A DNA stretch of 57,709 bases, from contig CAMFNB010000003.1 in the NCBI GenBank assembly GCA_945965275.1, positions 1-57,709 on the forward strand, read 5' to 3'. This document shows positions 9,712-19,120 of this stretch, in pieces. A program made the translations under genes and the position numbers. The notes under the pieces were generated by a model. That model worked only from the letters and a program-made list of their open reading frames with translations. It was not told the origin of the DNA and did no database searches. This DNA is from an uncultured Clostridia bacterium. Lineage in GTDB: Bacteria; Bacillota; Clostridia; UBA1212; SIG427. Position 1 is the first letter of the stretch; every line of letters starts with the position of its first letter.

Positions 9712-10148
9712 TACTGTTCACCTCTTTCTTCAAATACAATGGCTCTGTTAGGACAACCTGTTACACATGCCGGGGTACCGCATTCGTTCTTTGTGCAGAG
9801 TTCGCATTTCTGCATGACTCCTGTTTCTCCGAGAGCGAGAGCACCGTTCGGGCAAACAAGCACGCATGTGAGACAGCCCACACACTTGCTCTGGTCGATG
9901 GAGACGAGTCCGTCTTTTACCGAGAAGGCACCGGAAATACAACTCTTTACGCAAATCGGATCGGTACAATGTCTGCACGAAACTGCATATGAAATGCTTT
10001 CGTTGCCTTCAATATGAATTCTCGGATAAATCGGCTTTCCTTTGAGAGCTTCAGCCATATCCTTAAGTCCGCTGCAGGCAAATGCACAATTGTATTCGCA
10101 CAAGTGACAACCTAAACACCATTCTTCGTTAACATAAACTCTTTTCAT
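9711..10148 (-). CDS. 4Fe-4S dicluster ferredoxin-like electron-transfer subunit
   Basis: Four Cys clusters CLGCHLCEYNC, CRHC..PICVKSC, CVGCLTCVLVCP, KCELC..PACVTGCP. Confidence 0.92.
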   Translation of the reverse strand: MKRVYVNEEWCLGCHLCEYNCAFACSGLKDMAEALKGKPIYPRIHIEGNESISYAVSCRHCTDPICVKSCISGAFSVKDGLVSIDQSKCVGCLTCVLVCPNGALALGETGVMQKCELCTKNECGTPACVTGCPNRAIVFEERGEQ

Positions 10149-10152
10149 GCCT

Positions 10153-11658
10153 TTACTCTCCTGCGTGTGATATTCCGAGAATTTGCAATTCTTTCTCTGT
10201 TAAACCGATGCCTCGGAGCATCAGTCTGTTTCCGCGAAGTGCTTCAATTGAGTTAATACCCATACCACCCATCAGCTCTTTGATTTCGTGGTTCCATGCA
10301 CTCATGAGATTTATAAGTCTTTCGCTTCCGATGTCAGGATTAAGTCTCTTTACGAGTTCGGGACGCTGTGTTGCAATACCCCAGTTACATTTACCGCTCT
10401 GGCATGTTCGACAAAGGTGGCAACCGAGAGCAAGAAGAGCAGAGGTTGCTATGTAGCAGGCATCTGCACCGAGAGCAATTGCTTTTACCACATCTGCTGC
10501 GCTTCTGATACTTCCGCCGACAACAAGTGAAACGTTGTTTCTGATTCCTTCGTCACGGAGTCTTTGGTCAACGGCTGCAAGGGCAAGCTCTACCGGGATA
10601 CCTACGTTGTCTCTGATTCTCGTGGGAGCAGCACCGGTACCTCCGCGGAAGCCGTCGATAGCAATGATGTCAGCACCGCTTCGTGCGATACCGCTTGCAA
10701 TTGCTGCTATATTATGTACTGCAGCAACCTTTACGATAACCGGCTTTTTGTACTCTGTTGCTTCTTTAAGAGAGAAGACAAGCTGTCTTAAGTCTTCAAT
10801 AGAATAAATATCATGGTGAGGAGCGGGGGAAATGGCATCTGATCCTTCAGGAATCATACGTGTTCTTGAAACATCTCCTACGATTTTTGCACCGGGAAGA
10901 TGTCCGCCGATACCCGGCTTTGCTCCCTGTCCCATTTTGATTTCAACGGCTGCACCGGCTTTGAGGTAATCCTCGTGTACGCCGAAACGTCCGCTGGCTA
11001 CCTGGACGATTGTGTTAGGTCCGTAGCAGTAGAAGTCTTCATGCAATCCGCCTTCACCTGTGTTGTATAAAATGCCGAGCTTTGTTGCTGCTCTTGCAAG
11101 GGAAGCATGTGCATTGTAGCTGATTGAACCGTAGCTCATTGCAGAGAACATAACCGGCATTGAAAGCTCGATTTGACAAGGTAACTCGCATTTAAGATTT
11201 CCGTTTTCATCTCTTTCGGGTTTTACTGACTTTTTACCAAGGAATACTTTTGTTTCCATTGGCTCACGAAGAGGGTCAATCGGAGGGTTTGTTACCTGAG
11301 ATGCATTGATGAGAATTTTGTCCCAATATACCGGAAGCGGATTTGGGTTACCCATTGATGAGAGAAGTACGGCACCGCTGTTTGCCTGCTTGTATACTTC
11401 TTTGATTGTTGTATCTGACCAGTTTGCGTTTTCACGAAGTCTGCAGTCGCTCTTTACTATTTTAAGTGCCCGTGTAGGACAGAGAGAAACACATCTCTGA
11501 CAGTTAACGCACTTTGATTCGTCGCTTATCATAACTCCTTTTTGAGGATGGATTGCATGTACTTCATTTGCACATTGTCGTTCGCAAACTCGGCATGCAA
11601 TGCAGCGATTTTCATTTCTGATTACTTCAAATTCAGGATATATAAATTCAATACCCAT
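10153..11658 (-). CDS. Glutamate synthase FMN-binding subunit with N-terminal 2x[4Fe-4S] (GltB2-like)
   Basis: AMSYGS, NTGEGG, QVASGRFGV, IKMGQGAKPGIGGHLP, ISPAPHHDIYSIEDL, CHLCRTC..C. Confidence 0.95.
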   Translation of the reverse strand: MGIEFIYPEFEVIRNENRCIACRVCERQCANEVHAIHPQKGVMISDESKCVNCQRCVSLCPTRALKIVKSDCRLRENANWSDTTIKEVYKQANSGAVLLSSMGNPNPLPVYWDKILINASQVTNPPIDPLREPMETKVFLGKKSVKPERDENGNLKCELPCQIELSMPVMFSAMSYGSISYNAHASLARAATKLGILYNTGEGGLHEDFYCYGPNTIVQVASGRFGVHEDYLKAGAAVEIKMGQGAKPGIGGHLPGAKIVGDVSRTRMIPEGSDAISPAPHHDIYSIEDLRQLVFSLKEATEYKKPVIVKVAAVHNIAAIASGIARSGADIIAIDGFRGGTGAAPTRIRDNVGIPVELALAAVDQRLRDEGIRNNVSLVVGGSIRSAADVVKAIALGADACYIATSALLALGCHLCRTCQSGKCNWGIATQRPELVKRLNPDIGSERLINLMSAWNHEIKELMGGMGINSIEALRGNRLMLRGIGLTEKELQILGISHAGE

Positions 11659-12752
11659 TAGTATGCACCTTCCTTTACATTTACGATTACCGGTTCACCG
11701 CCTGACGGAGCCCAGATGTTTTCTGCGTTCGGTTCCATGACACGAATAGCGGCTTCTTCACTTGCAATGTATACCTTGTCGTCTTTTTCGCCGACTACCA
11801 TTGAACGAAGCTTTAATCTGTCATTGAGAGCCATAAGACCACCGTCATAACCAAGTACGATAGAGAAAGGACCGGTTACAAGTAAGCTCGGGTAAACAGT
11901 TCTGAGATACCTGAGTTTTGCTTTTACTTCAGGATCTTTGACAGCATCAATTGTGCTCCAGAAAGGTGCTGCAACTACATCAGCTGCTTCTTCTAATGTG
12001 AGTCCCTGTACGCGGATAAGGTAATCCATGATGTATGTTATTACTTCTGTATCTGTCTGAAGTGTACATTTGTACCCGAACATCTCTATGAATCTTCTGT
12101 TTGCGTCATAGGATGAAATTTCACCGTTGTGAACTATAGACCAGTCGAGAAGGGTAAACGGATGTGCGCCGCCCCACCAACCGGGTGTGTTTGTCGGATA
12201 ACGTCCGTGTGCTGTCCATGAATAGCCTTCGTATTCTTCTAATTTATAGAACACACCTACGTCTTCCGGAAAACCGACGGCTTTGAATGTACCCATGTTT
12301 TTACCGCTGGAAAATACATAAGCGCCTTTCATCTCGGTATTTATTTTCATTACTGTTCTTACAACGAACTCTTTTTCATCGAGCTGCATTGAAGCTAAAA
12401 CTGATTTAAGAGGTGATACGAAATATCGCCAGATAATCGGCTCGTTGGTAATGGCAGGAATTTTTCTTGTTGGGATTAGCTCTCCCTTGACGATTTCAAA
12501 ACGTTCTTTAATGAATGCTTCACAACGTTTTCGTGTGTCTCTGTCATTGAAAAACATATGAAGAGCATAAAAGTCCTTATACTCCGGATAAATACCATAA
12601 CCTGCGAATCCGCCGCCCAGTCCGTTTGATCTGTCGTGCATTGGTTTCATTGCATTTGTGATCATTTCACCGGACATCTTTTTTCCCTCTTTTGAGATGA
12701 CCGCTGCAATAGCACAACCTGACGGGATCCTTACCTGACCTTCTAATTTCAT
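11658..12752 (-). CDS. Class II glutamine amidotransferase subunit of glutamate synthase (GltB1-like)
   Basis: N-proximal Cys (SGCAIA), HGRYPTNT, AHPF, HNGEI, TDTE; start moved to the ATG at 12752 behind an AAAGGAAG RBS. Confidence 0.92.
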   Translation of the reverse strand: MKLEGQVRIPSGCAIAAVISKEGKKMSGEMITNAMKPMHDRSNGLGGGFAGYGIYPEYKDFYALHMFFNDRDTRKRCEAFIKERFEIVKGELIPTRKIPAITNEPIIWRYFVSPLKSVLASMQLDEKEFVVRTVMKINTEMKGAYVFSSGKNMGTFKAVGFPEDVGVFYKLEEYEGYSWTAHGRYPTNTPGWWGGAHPFTLLDWSIVHNGEISSYDANRRFIEMFGYKCTLQTDTEVITYIMDYLIRVQGLTLEEAADVVAAPFWSTIDAVKDPEVKAKLRYLRTVYPSLLVTGPFSIVLGYDGGLMALNDRLKLRSMVVGEKDDKVYIASEEAAIRVMEPNAENIWAPSGGEPVIVNVKEGAY

Positions 12753-12771
12753 AACTATCTCTTCCTTTCTG

Positions 12772-12837
12772 GAAATACAAAAAGGCGCCCATTTCAATAC
12801 AATTTGAATTGTACTGAAATGAACGCCTTTGCTCATT
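12772..12837 (-). promoter_or_regulatory. ANTAR-type attenuator of the glutamate synthase operon
   Basis: Minus strand AATGAGC-AAAGGC-GTTCATT hairpin (12818-12837) overlapping a long terminator stem (12781-12830) with T-rich tail. Confidence 0.8.
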
Positions 12838-12844
12838 GCACAAA

Positions 12845-12873
12845 AATATACGCCTATATGATTTGAATGTCAA
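12845..12873 (-). promoter_or_regulatory. sigmaA-type promoter of the glt operon
   Basis: TTGACA-17nt-TATATT on minus strand. Confidence 0.8.
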
Positions 12874-13001
12874 TAGAAAATTTTAATTGTCCTTGCAGGA
12901 AAAACAAAAGAACGCGAGCGACGGACAGCTGATTGGTGCGACGGATGGTTGGTTCGCGCAAAGTGCGAAAGGCGGGAGTCTTGTGAACCAAACGTTCAAA
13001 A

Positions 13002-13195
13002 TGTCCACCGTGGGGCATGGTTCCGCGATTTAGTGGACAGATCAAAATGCAAACTGCAGTTTTTGTCCATTTAAATGCAATATCTGTTCATTTTGTGGCA
13101 CCGCATAAATAAAGGGATTTCGGTAAAAAAACACCCGATAACCCGCATAAACACTGGCTGCCACTAAATCAGAAAAACACGGCTTCCGGTGGACA
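13002..13195. repeat. Imperfect ~40-bp inverted repeats bounding ~195 bp (MITE/REP-like)
   Basis: TGTCCACCG..GATTTAGTGG(A)CAG at 13002-13040 mirrored by CTGCCACTAAATC..CGGTGGACA at 13158-13195. Confidence 0.55.
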
Positions 13196-13233
13196 AAAAT
13201 CAGCATCAATACAAAAAAGTTTTAAAAAAAGTG

Positions 13234-13262
13234 TTGACATTCTTTCTGCCGGGGTATATTAT
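13234..13262 (+). promoter_or_regulatory. sigmaA-type promoter of the GS III operon
   Basis: TTGACA-17nt-TATTAT. Confidence 0.8.
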
Positions 13263-13271
13263 CACGCACAT

Positions 13272-13320
13272 AAAGGCAATGGCGTCTTTGAGTTACAGGC
13301 TCAAAGACGCTTTTTCTTTT
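13272..13320 (+). promoter_or_regulatory. ANTAR-type attenuator 1 of the GS III leader
   Basis: AAAGGC-AATGGC-GTCTTT hairpin overlapping terminator GCGTCTTTGAG/CTCAAAGACGC-TTTTTCTTTT. Confidence 0.85.
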
Positions 13321-13336
13321 AGCTGAATACTGTGGA

Positions 13337-13393
13337 AAAGGCAAGGACGTCTTTAGCTGTCGGGAGAGCCGACGGCTGGGCGTCCTTTTCTTT
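13337..13393 (+). promoter_or_regulatory. ANTAR-type attenuator 2 of the GS III leader
   Basis: AAAGGC-AAGGAC-GTCTTT hairpin overlapping terminator AAGGACGTCT..AGCTGTCGG/CCGACGGCT-GGGCGTCCTT-TTCTTT. Confidence 0.82.
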
Positions 13394-13438
13394 ACATGAG
13401 CTTGAAAGAGAAAACAAAACAGAAAAGGAGAATGAATC

Positions 13439-15535
13439 ATGGAAACAGTAAAAGATTATTTTGGCAGCTTGGTATTTGATGACAGAGTTATGAAAGCCAC
13501 TTTGTCCGCAAAGGTATACGCTTCGCTGAAGAAAACAATCGACGAAGGAACAGAATTGGATGTGAATGTTGCACAAGCAGTTGCAACGGCAATGAAGGAC
13601 TGGGCAGTTTCCAATGGTGCTACTCACTATACACATTGGTTCCAACCACTTACAGGTGTAACAGCTGAAAAGCATGACAGCTTTATTTCACCTTCACCGG
13701 ACGGCGGTGTAATCATGGAGTTCTCAGGAAAAGAACTTATCAAAGGCGAACCTGATGCTTCATCCTTCCCAAGCGGAGGACTCAGAGCCACATTCGAGGC
13801 AAGGGGGTATACAGCATGGGATCCGACATCCTATGCATTCATTAAAGGAAACACACTTTGCATTCCTACAGCATTCTGCTCATACGGCGGACAAGCTCTT
13901 GATAAAAAGACACCATTGTTAAGATCAATGGCAGTTTTAAGCAAACAAGCGCTCAGAATTTTAAGACTCTTCGGAAATGATACAGCTAAACGCGTAAGCT
14001 CCTCAGTAGGTGCTGAGCAGGAATACTTCCTTATCACAAAGGAAATGTTTGATAAGAGACCTGACCTTATTTTTACAGGCAGAACATTGTTCGGTGCCAA
14101 GTCTCCGAAGGGACAGGAAATGGACGACCACTATTTCGGCGTTATCAAACCAAGAGTTGCCGCATTTATGGAAGATCTTAACGATCAACTTTGGAAGCTC
14201 GGAATTCTTGCTAAGACAGAACATAACGAAGTTGCTCCGGCACAGCATGAGCTTGCCTGTATCTACACAACAACAAACATTGCAACTGACAACAACCAGT
14301 TAGTAATGGAAATCATGCAAAAAGTTGCTTCAAAGCACGGACTTGTGTGCTTACTTCATGAGAAACCGTTTGCAGGAGTTAACGGAAGCGGTAAACATAA
14401 CAACTGGTCAATTGCAGATGACCTCGGACAAAACCTCCTTTCACCCGGAGCTACTCCTTATGAGAACGCTCAGTTCCTTCTGTTCTTAAGTGCTACAATC
14501 AAGGCTGTTGATGAATATCAGGATCTTCTCAGAATCTCAGTTGCAACAGCAGGAAACGACCACAGACTTGGTGCAAACGAAGCACCTCCGGCAGTTGTTT
14601 CAGTGTTCTTAGGCGATGAACTTAACGACGTTCTTGAAGCTATTGAGAAAGACATTCCTTACAAGGGCGCAGAGAAAGCTCAAATGAAGCTTGGTGTTGA
14701 CGTTTTACCGAAGTTCAACAGAGATGCAACAGACAGAAACAGAACATCACCGTTTGCTTATACAGGAAACAAGTTCGAATTCAGAATGCTTGGTTCCGCA
14801 AACAGCTTAGCTTGTGCAAACATTATGCTTAACGCTTCAGTTGCAGAAGAGCTCAGACAGTTCGCTGACATACTTGAAAAATCAGAAGACTTTGAGGGTG
14901 ATCTTCATAAACTCATCCAGAAAACAATCAAAGAACACAAGCACATTATTTTCAACGGCAACGGTTACGATGACAGTTGGATTAAGGTTGCAACAGAGGA
15001 GAGAGGCCTTATGAACCTCAGAACAACTCCTGATGCAATTCCTCACTTACTTGATAAGAAGAACGTTGACATGCTTACTTCATTGGAAGTATTCACAGAG
15101 GATGAGCTCAAATCACGTTATGAAATTACTCTTGAGAACTACTGCAAGACAGTCATTATCGAGGCAAACACAATGGTTGACATGGCAAGAATGCAAATTG
15201 CTCCGGCTGTTGAAAAATATGCAGCAAGCGTAGCAAAGTCAGCAGCAGCAAAGAAAGCACTTGATGCAGAGCTTGCTTGTTCATACGAAACAACACTTGT
15301 AAGAAAGCTGTCAGCATTAACAGACAGAATTGCAGTTCAGACAGATTTACTTGAAGCAGCAATTATGGATGTTGCAAAGGCAGGGGATGTGGGAACTGAA
15401 TCAGCAATGATAAGAGACACATTACTTGCAAAGATGGGAGAGTTAAGAGTTGCATGTGACGAGGCCGAAACATTGACAGCAAAGAGTTATTGGCCGTTCC
15501 CGACATATGCAGATATTCTGTTCAGTGTCAGATAA
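13439..15535 (+). CDS. glnN: Glutamine synthetase type III
   Basis: 698 aa; [61 protein letters not shown]. Confidence 0.95.
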   Translation: METVKDYFGSLVFDDRVMKATLSAKVYASLKKTIDEGTELDVNVAQAVATAMKDWAVSNGATHYTHWFQPLTGVTAEKHDSFISPSPDGGVIMEFSGKELIKGEPDASSFPSGGLRATFEARGYTAWDPTSYAFIKGNTLCIPTAFCSYGGQALDKKTPLLRSMAVLSKQALRILRLFGNDTAKRVSSSVGAEQEYFLITKEMFDKRPDLIFTGRTLFGAKSPKGQEMDDHYFGVIKPRVAAFMEDLNDQLWKLGILAKTEHNEVAPAQHELACIYTTTNIATDNNQLVMEIMQKVASKHGLVCLLHEKPFAGVNGSGKHNNWSIADDLGQNLLSPGATPYENAQFLLFLSATIKAVDEYQDLLRISVATAGNDHRLGANEAPPAVVSVFLGDELNDVLEAIEKDIPYKGAEKAQMKLGVDVLPKFNRDATDRNRTSPFAYTGNKFEFRMLGSANSLACANIMLNASVAEELRQFADILEKSEDFEGDLHKLIQKTIKEHKHIIFNGNGYDDSWIKVATEERGLMNLRTTPDAIPHLLDKKNVDMLTSLEVFTEDELKSRYEITLENYCKTVIIEANTMVDMARMQIAPAVEKYAASVAKSAAAKKALDAELACSYETTLVRKLSALTDRIAVQTDLLEAAIMDVAKAGDVGTESAMIRDTLLAKMGELRVACDEAETLTAKSYWPFPTYADILFSVR

Positions 15536-15551
15536 GAAAGAGGTGTGAAAA

Positions 15552-17315
15552 ATGGACAGTAGTATTGTTGAATTTGTCAAAGAGACCGTCAACACGGAAG
15601 CCTTTGGCATATGGTTCCTGATCGGAGCCGCATTGGTATTCTTTATGCAGGCCGGATTTGCAATGGTTGAAACCGGTTTCACCAGAGCAAAGAATGCCGG
15701 AAATATTATCATGAAGAACCTTATGGACTTCTGTATCGGTACTGTTGTATTCGTGTTACTCGGATTCAGCTTAATGATGTCAGAGGACTATGTGATGGGA
15801 TTGTTCGGTGTTCCGAATCTCAAGATACTTACCGATTTCAAGGGATTCCTTGATGCAGGAATGGCTCCTTCATTCGTATTTAACCTTGTGTTCTGTGCAA
15901 CAGCAGCAACTATTGTATCAGGTGCAATGGCTGAGAGAACAAAGTTCATTTCATACTGTATTTATTCAGGTGTAATTTCTTTATTCGTTTATCCTATTGA
16001 AGCCGGTTGGGTTTGGAACTCACAGGGCTGGCTTGCACAGATGGGATTCCACGATTTTGCAGGTTCCGCAGCAATCCATTCAGTTGGTGGTATATCCGCA
16101 TTAATCGGTGCCATCATCTTAGGACCAAGACTTGGTAAGTATGTTAAAGATAAATCAGGCAAAGTTAAGAAGGTTAATGCTATCCAGGGTCACTCAGTAA
16201 CTCTCGGTGCACTCGGATGCTTCATCCTCTGGTTCGGCTGGTACGGTTTCAACGGTGCAGCTGCATGGGACGGTCCTTCACTTGCATCAATCTTCCTTAC
16301 AACAACAATTGCTCCGGCAGTTGCAACAGTAGTAACGATGGTATTTACCTGGATAAAGAACGGCAAGCCGGATGTATCAATGTGTTTGAATGCTTCTCTT
16401 GCAGGTCTTGTAGGTATTACAGCCGGTTGTGATGCATTAGATGCAGTCGGTTCAATAGTTGTAGGTATTGTTTCAGGTATTTTAGTAGTCGTAGTAGTAG
16501 AAGTGCTCGACCTTAAGCTCCACATTGACGACCCTGTCGGTGCAGTTGGTGTTCACCTTGCAAACGGTGTTTGGGGAACAATCGCAGTTGGTCTTTTAGC
16601 AAACCCAAATGCTCCGGCAGGACTTGAAGGCTTGTTCTACACAGGCAGCTTCAAATTACTCGGAATCCAGGCTCTCGGAATTGTTGCTATCCTTGCCTGG
16701 ACAGCAGTATTCATGATTCTTACATTCACAATTCTTAAAAAGACAATTGGTCTTCGTGCTTCACCTGAAGAAGAAATCAAAGGTCTTGATGTTACTGAAC
16801 ACGGTCTTCCGAGTGCGTATGCAGACTTCATGCCAAAGATCGAAAGTCTTGACTACGGTTATGAGTCAGCAGTTGCGGTTACAGGTGAGACTCCTGTAGC
16901 AGAGGCAATTCCGGTTAAGAAAGTGCCTACATTCGACGCTGATGACGGAACACCTAAGTTCACAAAGGTTGAAATCATATGTAAAGAATCAAGATTTGAA
17001 ACTCTTAAGACAGCAATGATGGATATCGGTATCACAGGTATGACGGTATCACATGTATTAGGTTGCGGCGTTCAGAAAGGACAGCCTGAGTTCTACCGAG
17101 GCGTACAGGTTGAAGCTAACCTGCTTCCGAAGATTCAGGTTGACATAGTAGTAAGTAAAGTTCCGGTTAGGAATGTTATTGAGACAGCTAAAAAGGCTCT
17201 TTATACAGGCCATATCGGAGACGGTAAAATATTCGTTTACGATGTAGAGAACGTAGTTAAGGTTCGTACAGGCGAAGAAGGCTACGATGCTCTGCAGGAT
17301 GCAGAAGAATCGTAA
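15552..17315 (+). CDS. amt: Ammonium transporter fused to C-terminal PII (GlnK/GlnB) domain
   Basis: Amt motifs FMQAGFAMVETG, DFAGS, WFGWYGFN, DDPVGAVGVH; PII motifs GITGMTVS, YRG, TGHIGDGKIFV, VRTGEEG. Confidence 0.95.
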   Translation: MDSSIVEFVKETVNTEAFGIWFLIGAALVFFMQAGFAMVETGFTRAKNAGNIIMKNLMDFCIGTVVFVLLGFSLMMSEDYVMGLFGVPNLKILTDFKGFLDAGMAPSFVFNLVFCATAATIVSGAMAERTKFISYCIYSGVISLFVYPIEAGWVWNSQGWLAQMGFHDFAGSAAIHSVGGISALIGAIILGPRLGKYVKDKSGKVKKVNAIQGHSVTLGALGCFILWFGWYGFNGAAAWDGPSLASIFLTTTIAPAVATVVTMVFTWIKNGKPDVSMCLNASLAGLVGITAGCDALDAVGSIVVGIVSGILVVVVVEVLDLKLHIDDPVGAVGVHLANGVWGTIAVGLLANPNAPAGLEGLFYTGSFKLLGIQALGIVAILAWTAVFMILTFTILKKTIGLRASPEEEIKGLDVTEHGLPSAYADFMPKIESLDYGYESAVAVTGETPVAEAIPVKKVPTFDADDGTPKFTKVEIICKESRFETLKTAMMDIGITGMTVSHVLGCGVQKGQPEFYRGVQVEANLLPKIQVDIVVSKVPVRNVIETAKKALYTGHIGDGKIFVYDVENVVKVRTGEEGYDALQDAEES

Positions 17316-17360
17316 AACTGTAAAAAACAGATTTTACTTAAGTAATGGGAGGTAAACCCG

Positions 17361-18944
17361 ATGTGTTCTATTATGGGTTATTGTGGTGAGACATATTCAC
17401 CGGAAAAATTTCAGGAAGGCTTCGAAAAAACAGTATCAAGGGGTCCGGACGACAGCAGAATTGTCAATACGGGTAACGGATTACTGGGATTCCACCGCCT
17501 GGCTATAATGGGCTTGACTGATTCGGGTATGCAGCCCTTCAGACTCGGCGACAGTTACATTGTATGTAACGGAGAAATCTACGGGTTTGAACCGGTAAAA
17601 AAGCAACTCATGAAAATGGGTTACTCATTTTCAAGTGATTCTGATTGTGAGATCCTCCTGCCGCTGTACAAAGAATTCGGAACAGGTATGTTCAAAATGC
17701 TCGATGCCGAATTCGCGTGCATCATCTATGACGGTGAAACACAGGAGTATATTGCGGCAAGAGATCCTATCGGAATTCGTCCTTTATATTACGGCTATGA
17801 CGAAGACGGAACAATAGTATTCGCAAGTGAGGCAAAGAACCTCATTGGTATCTGTAAAAAAGTGATGCCCTTTCCCCCGGGACATTTTTACAAAGATGGT
17901 GAATTTGTTTCATATTGCGATATTGCAGATGTTCCGAAAGTCATTTCTGACGACCTCGAAACTGCCTGCGGTCATATCAGAGAAAAGCTTATAAAGGGCG
18001 TGGAGAAGAGACTTGTGGCAGATGCCAAGGTCGGTTTCCTTCTTTCCGGCGGTCTTGATTCATCTCTTGTTTGTGCTATTGCAGCAAAAAGATCCGAAAC
18101 TCCGATAAGGACCTTTGCAATTGGTATGAGTGAGGATGCAATTGACTTAAGATACGCAAAGCAGGTTGCGGACTATATCGGAAGTGATCATCAGGAGATT
18201 TACATGACACCTGAGCTGGTTATTTCCTCACTTGAAGAAGTAATTAAAATCCTCGGCACATTCGATATCACAACTATCCGTGCCAGCATGGGAATGTATC
18301 TGATTTGCAAAGCAATCCACGAGCAAACAGATGTCAGAGTACTTCTTACAGGTGAAATATCCGATGAGATTTTCGGATATAAATATACTGATTTCGCACC
18401 TTCAGCCGATGCGTTCCAAAAAGAATCACAAAAAAGAGTACGTGAGCTTCACATGTATGATGTGCTTCGTGCCGATCGTTGCATATCAGTAAACTCTCTC
18501 GAAGCGAGAGTTCCGTTCGGTGATCTTGACTTTGTAAGATATGTTATGTCACTTGATCCGGAACTTAAAATCAACAAGTACGGAAAAGGCAAGTATCTGC
18601 TCAGACATGCCTTTGAAGACGGCGATTTTCTTCCTGAGAGTATCCTTTGGCGTGAGAAAGCAGCATTCTCCGATGCTGTTGGTCACTCCATGGTGGACTA
18701 CCTTAAAGAGTATGCTGAATCCAAATATACGGATGAGGAATTTGAAACTCTGAAAGGCAAGTACACACATGCGGCACCTTTCACAAAGGAGTCGCTTCTG
18801 TATCGTGAGATCTTTGAAAAATACTATCCTGACCAAGGGGATATGGTTGTAGATTTCTGGATGCCGAACAAGGAATGGGAGGGCTGTGATGTTAACGATC
18901 CGTCAGCCAGAGTTCTCTCAAACTACGGAGACAGCGGCAAATAA
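17361..18944 (+). CDS. asnB: Asparagine synthetase B (glutamine-hydrolysing)
   Basis: N-terminal Cys2, RGPD, NGEIY, LLSGGLDSS, LEARVPF. Confidence 0.95.
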   Translation: MCSIMGYCGETYSPEKFQEGFEKTVSRGPDDSRIVNTGNGLLGFHRLAIMGLTDSGMQPFRLGDSYIVCNGEIYGFEPVKKQLMKMGYSFSSDSDCEILLPLYKEFGTGMFKMLDAEFACIIYDGETQEYIAARDPIGIRPLYYGYDEDGTIVFASEAKNLIGICKKVMPFPPGHFYKDGEFVSYCDIADVPKVISDDLETACGHIREKLIKGVEKRLVADAKVGFLLSGGLDSSLVCAIAAKRSETPIRTFAIGMSEDAIDLRYAKQVADYIGSDHQEIYMTPELVISSLEEVIKILGTFDITTIRASMGMYLICKAIHEQTDVRVLLTGEISDEIFGYKYTDFAPSADAFQKESQKRVRELHMYDVLRADRCISVNSLEARVPFGDLDFVRYVMSLDPELKINKYGKGKYLLRHAFEDGDFLPESILWREKAAFSDAVGHSMVDYLKEYAESKYTDEEFETLKGKYTHAAPFTKESLLYREIFEKYYPDQGDMVVDFWMPNKEWEGCDVNDPSARVLSNYGDSGK

Positions 18945-18983
18945 TTATATAATTATTATAGTAGGAAACAGAGTTCTGTTTTA

Positions 18984-19012
18984 TTGACAACCGGACCCGA
19001 AAGTAGTATAGT
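18984..19012 (+). promoter_or_regulatory. sigmaA-type promoter of the purA operon
   Basis: TTGACA-17nt-TATAGT. Confidence 0.8.
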
Positions 19013-19023
19013 TATACACCAGT

Positions 19024-19078
19024 GGGGCAATGGCGTCTTTAGGTAATTTTCTTGAAGTGTCGTTGCCTTAATTTCTTT
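19024..19078 (+). promoter_or_regulatory. ANTAR-type attenuator of purA-purB-guaA-pyrG-dapL
   Basis: GGCAATGGCGTCTTT (19026-19040) identical to 13275-13289; the alternative long GU-rich stem to 19069 is followed by AATTTCTTT. Confidence 0.75.
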
Positions 19079-19120
19079 ACAAAAGTCTAATAGCAATAAT
19101 GTTTCGCGGAGGAAAATATA

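Noticed and set aside
17316-17360. Possible ANTAR hairpin upstream of asnB
   Set aside because: Only a weak AT-rich stem without the AAnGnC loop; asnB is probably co-transcribed with glnN-amt
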